From Epithemia pelagica (lineage: Eukaryota > Protista > Bacillariophyta): 64,000 nucleotides of DNA. The DNA lies in contig OX337229.1 of assembly GCA_946965045.2 (NCBI GenBank), positions 434,001 to 498,000 of the forward strand. Direction: 5' to 3'. A program made the translations under genes and the position numbers. Below are positions 54,908 through 64,000 of this stretch, in pieces. Each line of letters opens with the position of its first letter. The first letter of the stretch is position 1. The notes below the pieces were generated by a model, which saw only the letters and a list, made by a program, of their open reading frames with translations, was not told the DNA's origin and searched no databases.

Positions 54908-56308
54908 TCATTCTTCGTCAAATTGTACGTAGTCTGATTCCATGACTTGGGCCAATGTCCAACGTTCCGACGGATTGATGTGGAAGAAATGATTGAAAAG
55001 GGTTTGCGCATTGGGCGGGAGACCCAAGTGTGCCTGTGATTGGTCTAAGAGAATATGACGGTTTTGGAGCTGCTCTTGGTCAGCAGATTCGTCCAAGACG
55101 TCATTCAAAATTTCCACAATAAGTTCGTTGGTGGGATTATGTGTAATCCCTCCAGCCACAACGTAAAAGCGGTAGGAAATGTCGGTTTGGGCATCAGGAC
55201 GACGGTAGAGAGGTACGTTGGTCAACATAGCGTATAAGATGAGTAAGGCTGACCAGAGATCGGCTGAGATACCATCGAACACCTGGAAGTTGTTGTAAAT
55301 TTCTGGACTCATAAAGGCAGGTGTTCCGAATGTTCCCATGGCACGGATCAGTGTTCGATTTCCAGTGTTTGCATCGACAGGTATTCGAACTGACATGGCC
55401 AGGTCCATCACTACCAAATGATCTGGCTCCAGAAAAATGAAATTATCTGGTGATAAATCGCGGTGATGAATTCCCTTCTGTTCGAGGTAGGCCAAGATGC
55501 GCAAGATTTGAATGAACAAATTCCGTGCTTCCCGTGGAGAAAGTTCCTTGTCTCGACGAAAAAGTGCAGTATCGAGGGACACCCTACCACATGCATATGG
55601 CATTATGATGTAGCAGTAGTCCTCATCTTGTAGAAATTCAATTTGTCGCAAAACATGGACATTGTCCCCAATCTCGTCCATGCGGGACATTTCCCGGTAG
55701 GGATTTTCGCGATCGCGTACACCAAGAACGCTTCTCAGGTATTCTTCATCGAGGAACCTCAAGTCGCGGTCCACGTATGGACCTCTGCCCTGTTGTAGGT
55801 AAGCATCCACGACACGTTTGTTCAGTTTCTTGATGGCTACAAACTGGCCAGGTGGAGGTGCTCGATACACACCATTACCAACTTGTGAAAAGGATATCCC
55901 GGACCAGAGCTCACCCCAGCCGGGTGCATGTCTCAGTCTTCGAATCTGGCGGATCAAGGCGTAACCGCCTTTGGCTTCTGTCTCATTGGCGTTCAGGAGA
56001 TGAATGGGTGGGATCATATCGGGCCGTGTGTTCGGAACAACGCTTTGACCATCTTGATCCAGAATTTGCAAGCCTTGAGGATTTATAATAGCACGTGCAA
56101 TTGGTGCAACATGAGTCTCTTCAGGGGCGTCTTGTGCGGGGGCCTGTTGCAATTGTTCAAACGTGAGACGTGCACCATTGGATGGTGTTATCACTGCCTC
56201 CCTTTGTGATCCAAATGCAGGCTCTCGCCCTTGTCCATCTTCATCTCGGCGCCTCAAACGTCGTGTGTGGTGATCTCTTTCATCGTCAATATGACGTGCG
56301 GCACACAT
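54908..56308 (-). CDS. Ser/Thr protein kinase
   Basis: VAIKK, ENPYRE, HRDLSPDN, VMDLAM, GTPAFMSPE, DLWS; start MCAARH inferred. Confidence 0.9.
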   Translation of the reverse strand: MCAARHIDDERDHHTRRLRRRDEDGQGREPAFGSQREAVITPSNGARLTFEQLQQAPAQDAPEETHVAPIARAIINPQGLQILDQDGQSVVPNTRPDMIPPIHLLNANETEAKGGYALIRQIRRLRHAPGWGELWSGISFSQVGNGVYRAPPPGQFVAIKKLNKRVVDAYLQQGRGPYVDRDLRFLDEEYLRSVLGVRDRENPYREMSRMDEIGDNVHVLRQIEFLQDEDYCYIIMPYACGRVSLDTALFRRDKELSPREARNLFIQILRILAYLEQKGIHHRDLSPDNFIFLEPDHLVVMDLAMSVRIPVDANTGNRTLIRAMGTFGTPAFMSPEIYNNFQVFDGISADLWSALLILYAMLTNVPLYRRPDAQTDISYRFYVVAGGITHNPTNELIVEILNDVLDESADQEQLQNRHILLDQSQAHLGLPPNAQTLFNHFFHINPSERWTLAQVMESDYVQFDEE

Positions 56309-56878
56309 GATTGCGTTTACAAGCGGGGAGATGAAGGAGAGCGGGTTTGCCTTTGTTGTTGCTTCCAACACGTTTAAAAAATGAAGGCGAAGTGCAACTT
56401 GCTGCGGCCAATCCACGAAAGAGAGGTTCGCGAGACGGACGTAGGACGGACGAAAGTTCGCATCTCGGACGAAGGACGGTCGATGAAAAAGGTCGCACGT
56501 TGGTCCTCTATTCACCGTAGTCGAAGCTACTTGGACTACATACATAGGAGTAGTTCATCATTCAAGCAAGTCGGGGAAAGGTACATACTCCTATATTTTA
56601 TGCAACCTCATGTAATCCGCAAGCCGAAGTCAGGAGTCTACAATATTTCTAAAACGAACTTTCTCCTCACTCACTCATTGTAAAACGTGGATCCGCTTGA
56701 AAGTTGTCGGAGTCTTCGTCTCTCTACCAGACTAACCTAGAAGCAATGCTATCGCCCACACAAAGGAAATGAAACTTCCCTCAGTACCTAGTACGTTCGC
56801 TCAACTCCATCCATGCAACCATGTTTGCTGTTTCCAAAGCTACCGCCTTAGTATTATCACCCATCTCGATCGATCCTA

Positions 56879-59017
56879 CTAGGTTTCCTGAAGTCGTTCC
56901 ATTCTCTTCAAGTCACGCAAGAGCCGGGACAGGGAGGGGTGATCTTGCCGCAAGTCCAACGCCTCATAGATATCCAGTGCTTTAAAGTAGTAGATGGTCG
57001 CTTCTTCCAGATTCCCTAACTGAACCAAGGCGTTGGCCAGAGAATGTGCGGCCACAGCCACACTGGGATGCAGGATTCCAAACACGGCTTGTCGAACCAT
57101 CAAGACTTCCATGTAGGATCGTCGGGCCTCGTTGTAATCCTGGGCCGTCATGTAAACACCTCCCAAGCAGTTTACAATGGCTGCCGTATCGGGATGCATC
57201 GGTCCCAGGTTTTCAAACCGAATTTTCAAGGCTTCTCCCAAACATCGTAGACTCTTGGTAAAGAGTATGGTAGATGTGCTATCGTTGGACCGTTGCATCT
57301 TGTGATAGGCCATTCCCAGTTGATGCAAGGCTCTCGCCAAGGCCATGGAGGAACCAGTTTTTCGAGGACGGTAAATGGCAACCGCCGACTCGAGTGCCTG
57401 TGTGGCTTCGAGGTAGCAAGAAGCGTGGAGCTGCGCAATCCCCAAATCGATAAAGGCATCCGCCACACGAATGTGGTCTTTCCCATGATGCAATATCAGG
57501 TTCTTGACTCTTCTTCCCCATGCCGAAGAAAAGCCAAAACTTTGGTCCACCACCTCAATTTCGGCTTCGGGCAGCTGGACCAACGCCGAATTCATCATGG
57601 TGCTCATAATAATGGCGGCCCCTTCCCCAAAACTCCTCGTTTCCCGTTGCAGTGTGCATTCCGAGTATTCGGTTTCCGTTTCCCGACGAACCACCATTTC
57701 CACTTCCCGGATGGGCATACTCCTCCAAAATTGGCCGGCCCGTTCCTGGGCCAAGGGTACCATGTCTCCCCGTCCCAAACTCCTCGTGCTGCCATGAGAT
57801 ACTCGCGTGTCGACGGCGGGCATTCTCCGTGGAAGCACGGCCAAGGGACCCTCGTCCGACTTGGCCCGCAGTGTTAACGTGGACGGTCGACGTGCATCGT
57901 CCATGGATTGGAGGACAAGTTTTCGTTGTTGGGAAAGAAAGGAACTGTCCTGGCTAGACGATCGAATAGTGTCATTCGCAAGACTCTTTGGTTGTGCCTC
58001 CTTCAGGACATCATTCAGGAGGAGAGTTCCTTCTTTCCAGTACGAATCGTCCTCAAGACTCTTGGCAAGGGTCTGTTTGGCATCCACGGGCAGACAACCC
58101 ACTTTGCACCCAAACGAATCGCCCGACACGGACGAACCATCCCCGACACTCAGGACACCATCGCGCTCCCCCGCACTGGTCAAACTCAAGGTGGAGGGCA
58201 GCGCCGAGGCTCGAGACGTATTAATGACGGCCCGTTGGTGGGCCTGAGGAGGGGATCCGTGGCACGAGGACGACGTGGAGGCGAACGGTCGAACCGGTCC
58301 ATCCTCGGGAACCACATGTGCAGGGTCTTCCCCCCGAAACCCATGGTGATGGTGGTGGTCCATGGTCCAGGACGGTTCCGGTGCCCAATCGGGAATCGGA
58401 TCCGCCGCCGCCATTCTCAAATTCGGACACTCCGCGTCCTCCAAGTCGACCGTCACGGGACTCACCACATCGTGGAGTCGTTCCGTCATGGGAACCACCA
58501 CCAGGGGATGCCGATGTTCCCAGTGGTGCAACTCTTCACTACTACTATTGCGACTGTTGGTGCCACAAAAGATGCGAAAGGATTTGGTGGCCGACAGAGT
58601 CGGCGAGACCTGCTGCGGTTCCCCTCCCTTGCGGGGTGTCGCCGATCGTCGCGAGGCACGGGGACTCGGTGCCGGGTCTCCTCGGCCCGGCGTGTAACAA
58701 GTGGGAGGAGGAGGATGGACTGCTGGATGCAAATTGTGCTGCCGCCAGGAAGATTCCGAGGACTGGCTGTCGGATTCCACCGTAGTCCACGTGGGAGACC
58801 GTCGATTCATGACCAACTCATTCTTGTTGCTGTCGGCGTGTCCGGGTTTCTTGTCGCTACTGGCCTGGCGTTGACGACCTCGAGAACAGGCTCGTCCTCG
58901 TCCCAGGGGAAGCGCATGCTTCAAATTCATACCGTCGTGTTGGTTTTCGTTGCGGAGAGACTCAATGGACTTGACTGGCCAATCAACAATCGACCTCTTT
59001 TCGGACGTGAGAAACAA
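56879..59017 (-). CDS. TPR-repeat protein (kinesin-light-chain-like C-terminal repeats); start uncertain
   Basis: Repeats ALKIRFENLGPMHPDTA, VRQAVFGILHPSVA; long disordered N-terminus. Confidence 0.8.
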   Translation of the reverse strand: MFLTSEKRSIVDWPVKSIESLRNENQHDGMNLKHALPLGRGRACSRGRQRQASSDKKPGHADSNKNELVMNRRSPTWTTVESDSQSSESSWRQHNLHPAVHPPPPTCYTPGRGDPAPSPRASRRSATPRKGGEPQQVSPTLSATKSFRIFCGTNSRNSSSEELHHWEHRHPLVVVPMTERLHDVVSPVTVDLEDAECPNLRMAAADPIPDWAPEPSWTMDHHHHHGFRGEDPAHVVPEDGPVRPFASTSSSCHGSPPQAHQRAVINTSRASALPSTLSLTSAGERDGVLSVGDGSSVSGDSFGCKVGCLPVDAKQTLAKSLEDDSYWKEGTLLLNDVLKEAQPKSLANDTIRSSSQDSSFLSQQRKLVLQSMDDARRPSTLTLRAKSDEGPLAVLPRRMPAVDTRVSHGSTRSLGRGDMVPLAQERAGQFWRSMPIREVEMVVRRETETEYSECTLQRETRSFGEGAAIIMSTMMNSALVQLPEAEIEVVDQSFGFSSAWGRRVKNLILHHGKDHIRVADAFIDLGIAQLHASCYLEATQALESAVAIYRPRKTGSSMALARALHQLGMAYHKMQRSNDSTSTILFTKSLRCLGEALKIRFENLGPMHPDTAAIVNCLGGVYMTAQDYNEARRSYMEVLMVRQAVFGILHPSVAVAAHSLANALVQLGNLEEATIYYFKALDIYEALDLRQDHPSLSRLLRDLKRMERLQET

Positions 59018-59721
59018 CAGCCACAGTATCCAACCCCGCGTGTCTTGCGCTCGGACGGTTTGTTTGTCCTTTTGGTTTCGTTGTGCCCTTGCGAGTACCT
59101 ACGTAGTAACAATCAATCAATAGTGGATGGAACGACACCGATGTCTCTTCTCACAAGGATGTTCCTTCACATTCAAGAGTGACGACAAGAGAGATCCGGA
59201 AACACAATCGTTTGGAAAGAGAGAGCAGTAAGACACTACGAATCGAATGAACGAACGAACTCGTTGGTTGTCTTTTTGAGAATCCACATGTACCACACAC
59301 GGACCCACCGACCCCCAAGAATGTGGAAGGGCTTGGCGGAAGCAAAATTTGGCACCTCTGCAGGCGTACGCCAGGCATAATGTCCGATGCTCCATTATGA
59401 CCGGGACCGTCCGTTGAGCACGCCCGTCCACACGGTCTGGTAGTATTCGAAAATTTGGTTCGTATTCCGTTCCCGCCCACACGCGTGCCCTGCAGGAGAA
59501 TTATACGAGCTCGCCACACGATTGGTTTTGGGAGCTCACATACATAGAGACCACTGGTGTTCGGTAGGATCCTTCCCAAGACTTGTCGGTCCGCGCGGAT
59601 TCGAAGGAGCGACTGATCCGCTGCTCGTTTGAGGAGAGAAAAAATGAGGCTTCTTCCCGTCGATCGTCGTCGAAAGAGCAATAAGACTTGATCATACTTC
59701 TTGACGAACTTGATTTGGTTC

Positions 59722-61377
59722 ATGTTGCGACGGGGTGGACCTTCTGTGGAAGAGAAGGATGATGCAGTCTTTCTAGCGGAGGATCATCATCCACGCAAAC
59801 AACATGCCAAACAACAAAACAAATCCACACGACGACGACGACGACGACAATGGAAAACCTTGTGTTGGTGGGCGTCCATTTGCGGCATACTGGTGGCTGT
59901 ACAATTTCTCGTCCGATATCATTTCCCACGGCGGGTGACCTCCTGGTATGGAATCCTTTGTCACTGGACGAAATTTCTTTGTGGATCGACCACAAAACCA
60001 CTTCCGAATGACCAAGCAACGGCAACGACGACAAGTATTGTGTGGGACACTGTGCAAGGCCGACTGGGAAACCTCTACGATCCTCCCAAGTCGATTTCAT
60101 TGTCACTCGGGGATACCGGTGGAATCGTTCCTTCCCGTCATTTGTGTTTACAGGCCATTCGGAAACGACACGAGCAAGCCTACCAGGGTTTGATACTACA
60201 AGGCGGTCCAAACCGGAACGAGATTTTGCTGGTGGATCCAGCCTATCACCCCAATGTGGGAGACCATATGATTACACTGGGAGAACAAACCTTGATCCAG
60301 CAATTTCTTGACGTCGTTGTCCAAGATCGTTCCTCACACCCATTGCACTCGTCATCCACCTATGACGAATGTTCCTACATTCAAGCCTCGACGTATGCAC
60401 CACGTTGCAGCAGCAGCATCGCGGTGGAATCGACCACGACACGGCCATACCACCACAAGGTGGCGCTGTGGCATGGCGGAGGGAACTGGGGCAATTTGTG
60501 GCCGCAAATCCAAGCGTTGCGTACCGAGTCCATGGAAGCCTTGCTGCGCGCCAACTATACGGTACTCGGCATGCCGCAAAGCCTGTACTTTACCAACAAT
60601 GAAACCGAAATGGTCAATACACGAGCCTTTCGGGAGACGGTCCAACGTGGACTGGGCGGCATACCTGACAACAAACTGAATCATGCCGCCAAGAAGAAGC
60701 TGATTTTATCCTGGCGAGAACACAAAAGTTTTGACAAGGGCCAACAACTATACCCCTACGCGACGCACCTGTTGGTACCGGACATTGCCTTTCAACTGGG
60801 ACCCTATTCACCAGTTCCAACGGATCGCACCAAGCAACTGCAGCCACAAGTGGACCTTTTGTTGTTGTTACGAAGTGACCACGAGTCCATTGTCGCTTCG
60901 CAACGCAACCGGGAAAGTATCACGTCCATCCTCTCCCATATCGTTGGCAACAACGAACAAGGCCGCCGATATTCCTTTAGCATTGTGGATTGGCCCGATC
61001 GACTCGATCGATTTGAAGATGCAAACCGTGAAACCTCCCACAACTTTTTGTTTACCGACACGGCCATTCAATTGTTGAATCTGGGACGCGTGGTCGTGTG
61101 CGATCGATTGCATGCGTCGATTCTGGCCTATCTCGGCGGACTGTCCTTTGTCTATTTGGATCAGGTGTCCGGGAAAATTGAAAAAACAATGACTGTTGCC
61201 ATGGAAAGCGATCCAGTCTGTGATCAAGACACGTGGGATGCTCGTAAAGTCGACCGCAGTCGTCCACCATGGAGAGCCAAAGCTCCAAATCTGACCGACG
61301 GTATTCGTGTTGCGGTCGACATGCTTCGCGTTCTACATCCTGGGTCCAGGAGGAACCGACGACGCCATGATCCATGA
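59722..61377 (+). CDS. Polysaccharide pyruvyl transferase family protein (EpsO-like), type II membrane
   Basis: HPNVGDHMI, HGGGNWGNLW, MPQSLYF, SWRE, PDIAFQLG, VVCDRLHASIL; N-terminal TM. Confidence 0.9.
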   Translation: MLRRGGPSVEEKDDAVFLAEDHHPRKQHAKQQNKSTRRRRRRQWKTLCWWASICGILVAVQFLVRYHFPRRVTSWYGILCHWTKFLCGSTTKPLPNDQATATTTSIVWDTVQGRLGNLYDPPKSISLSLGDTGGIVPSRHLCLQAIRKRHEQAYQGLILQGGPNRNEILLVDPAYHPNVGDHMITLGEQTLIQQFLDVVVQDRSSHPLHSSSTYDECSYIQASTYAPRCSSSIAVESTTTRPYHHKVALWHGGGNWGNLWPQIQALRTESMEALLRANYTVLGMPQSLYFTNNETEMVNTRAFRETVQRGLGGIPDNKLNHAAKKKLILSWREHKSFDKGQQLYPYATHLLVPDIAFQLGPYSPVPTDRTKQLQPQVDLLLLLRSDHESIVASQRNRESITSILSHIVGNNEQGRRYSFSIVDWPDRLDRFEDANRETSHNFLFTDTAIQLLNLGRVVVCDRLHASILAYLGGLSFVYLDQVSGKIEKTMTVAMESDPVCDQDTWDARKVDRSRPPWRAKAPNLTDGIRVAVDMLRVLHPGSRRNRRRHDP

Positions 61378-61677
61378 TTGGAATGAAAGATGGGACACCT
61401 GTTGTATTGGAGGTCGTCACATGAGCTCATGGAGAATCAAGGCCATACGCAAGATACTATACAAGGAGACCGAATGATGGCGGAAGGGCGGAATCTGTAC
61501 CCTAGCTCTAGCAAAATGCTCGAAGACCCAAATAGGAGTACTCCGTGCTATGTACAGGACCTATCTTTGAGCGAGCACAAGCTGAAGCGTTAACATTACA
61601 ACAAAAAAGGATGGTGACCTTCAGGTCCAACTTGTCTGCCTCGACTCTTTTCTCGTTGGATCGAGCTAATGAGATCA

Positions 61678-61894
61678 AGGTCGTGTGCGATTCTTGCCCA
61701 TCGACGGACTTCCCTTTGTCTATTTTTACGAGGTACCGTGTCCGTTGATACAATTTGTGATCAAGACACGTGGGGTGAGGAGAGCAAAAGCTGCGAAACT
61801 AATAGACGGAATTCGTATTGCGGTTGACATGCTTCGCTTCTTGGAGGGTGGATCTGTAGGAGGAACAGACAACGCCATACGCCATGATCTATGA
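61678..61894 (+). pseudogene. Decayed tandem copy of pyruvyl transferase 3' end
   Basis: GGTCGTGTGCGAT, TGTGATCAAGACACGTGGG and GACATGCTTCGC blocks match 61092-61377 with deletions. Confidence 0.8.
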
Positions 61895-62992
61895 TGGGGA
61901 GAGCAGAGACTCCCATCGTACGTAGAGAAGCGAAGACAAGGACCCATCTGTCCCATCTACCTATCTCTCCCAGTAGAAGAGTCGAAAGACCGGAGAGAAA
62001 CTACCTAGTAGAGGTAGACAGACGATTCGCATTATCCGAAATCCGTCCGGGTCAATTGCAATAGTCGAAGCGTGTTGTCCGAAGTCCGACGTACTGCTCC
62101 TAGGAGTAAATTCACTCCTTACGCTTGGAGTAGTACTCCTCTAGCTAGTAGTAGTGGTAGGGGCTAGCTACTCCTCTACTCCTAGTAGCTAGCTAGAGCT
62201 ACTAGAGAGAGAGCTACCAAGTAGAGAGAAACAAACGACTTCTCTCATCTTCTCTCATCTTCTCTCATCTCTCAATCACCAATCACGTGTCTGGCTTTGG
62301 GTAACTAGGAGTACGAGTGGAGAGGAGTGCGGCATCCTTTTTTAAGAGAGCACGTGCAGTTCTAAGAACATCAGGCAGCAAAACTGACCGCATTTAGCCG
62401 GAGTTTCATTATGCATTCGTATTCGAATTATTGCCCTTATCAGAATTCTCATTTATGGAAGGCATCTGGCGATGTTTACAATTTGCAACACGCGTGTCTT
62501 TACTAGCCGTGACTGCGATAGGGCACGTGTGACCTAAGAAAGGCGAATCTGTTGCACTTCAACTGTTCAAGTAGGCGAGTGCAACAATGTCCAGAAGGCG
62601 TTCGGTCGTCGCGAGGCACATTATTGCGTTTTGAATGTGCGTTGTTACGCAGCGCAATATCAAAAATCCGATCTCAAGGCTTGGCCCTGGGCCTAGTACC
62701 CCCAAGCAGGGGTGAGTGAGTCCCGCGTGATCGAATTCTCTGCGCTTGTATTCCCTTACAATACAAATCGTGTATTCTATAGCTAGTCCTCATTACTCAC
62801 CCCCGCTGGGGGGTATGGGCCCAGGACCGACAAAAGCATACGACGACGCAGTCCACTGGAAATAACGAATAACAGGAAAGCGATATCACCAGTCGAGGAG
62901 AATTGCCAGCGATCCGGTGTCCTACCTTAGTCCTGAAATGAACGATTGGCTGGATTAGTTGGCATAATTCCAAACAAGTGGTGGTTTGAATC

Positions 62993-64000
62993 ATGTCGGG
63001 TACAACGCCGCTGCTCCTCCTTCTCAATGAGTTGTTGTCGCATGATGACCATGATCGTGAGCAGCAAGAAGCAGGCATCAGATCGGCTTTGCAAGCTCTG
63101 GACGCCATGGTTAACGGGGAACTGCCTCCTTACTCGCTGCCAATGACGTCTCGTGAACTCGTGAGGATTTTGGCTAAAGTGCTGGAGGTGCACCCTCAAC
63201 TAGCTCGAAAAGCAAGCGCTCATGAGGGTTCTTTGCCCTTACATTTCGCGGCCTCTCTCGGCGACGTCAATGTTGCCTCATTGTTATTGGATTATGTAAG
63301 TTTCGCCTGCTATCGAACGGAATGCATGGTCTTTTGGCTCTAATCTGTTCCTTTGTTCGGTTCTTCAGTACCCTGAAGCTGCCGCTCGACCAAATGATAA
63401 AGGCAAAATCCCGTTGCATTACGCCGCAAGGGAAGGTCGGCTTCATATGGTTAGATTGTTCATGAAGGTTGCACCATACACTGCCGCAATCAAGTCAAAG
63501 AAAGACAAGCTGGCCTTGCACTTTGCAGCTGGAGAAGGGCATGTAGAAATTGTTCAGTCACTTTTGTCAGCCTATCCAAAAGGGGCATCCATACCTTCCG
63601 CAAAAGGAAAGGTACCTCTACATTTTGCCGCTCGATGGGGACACATGCACATTGCGCTCGATTTACTTCACTTTTATCCAAACGGAATCAAGACACTTGA
63701 TTGGGAAGGGTCTCTCCCTCTTCACGATGCAGCACGTGAGGGTCAATTTCCCATGTCTGAATTCTTGGTGCAGCGCTTCCCTGAAGCTCTTGCTGCAGCC
63801 AATCTGAGAGGCGATATCCCCCTCTTCCCAGCGGTTCGTTCGGAAAACATTGAGCTAGTGGCGTTCCTTGTACAAGTCTGGCCGGAAGGAGGTCGTCACG
63901 TTCTCCAGAGTATCCGCTCAGAGGATTGTGTTTCTGAATGGGATCAGGACGCTTTCACATTGGTTCTTCGAGGTGCAGTAGACAACTTTGATGGATGTGA
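62993..64000 (+). CDS. Ankyrin-repeat protein, runs off window end; intron 63296-63368
   Basis: Repeated GxLPLHxAA motifs (EGSLPLHFAA, KGKIPLHYAA, KGKVPLHFAA, EGSLPLHDAA). Confidence 0.9.

Noticed and set aside
57908-59182. 424-aa plus-strand ORF
   Set aside because: Antisense to the TPR gene; no recognisable features
59117-59723. Two overlapping minus ORFs (121 and 190 aa)
   Set aside because: Lie between divergent gene starts, no motifs or coding signal

Overview
Eukaryotic nuclear DNA, most consistent with a pennate diatom (Copia elements of the diatom CoDi type, short GT-AG introns, bipartite signal/transit peptides; organism is inferred, not proven). Positions 1-16.8 kb hold two very young nested Ty1/copia LTR retrotransposons: element 1 sits inside the 5' LTR of element 2, and element 2 sits inside a TatD gene. 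From 20 to 23 kb there are ordinary genes (YbjN-like, GST, Yos1). The 24-37.5 kb stretch is a rearranged island: a duplicated signal-peptide zeta-toxin-like kinase (one copy carries an in-frame micro-inversion through the P-loop region), decayed genes, and a dispersed ~0.6 kb repeat (called R here). The minus strand of R folds into a series of hairpins supported by compensatory and G-U changes between copies and by a cUUCGg tetraloop. Both R loci are followed by a different GC-rich intronless gene and then by a copy of the same unknown gene. From 38 to 64 kb there are housekeeping genes (acyl-CoA dehydrogenase, ITPK1, THOC7, CCA-adding enzyme, SNAP25-like, PAPS transporter, SPCS2, DUF2236 oxygenase-like, COX19, kinase, TPR, pyruvyl transferase, ankyrin). 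All family assignments come from motifs recognised by eye; no database search was run.
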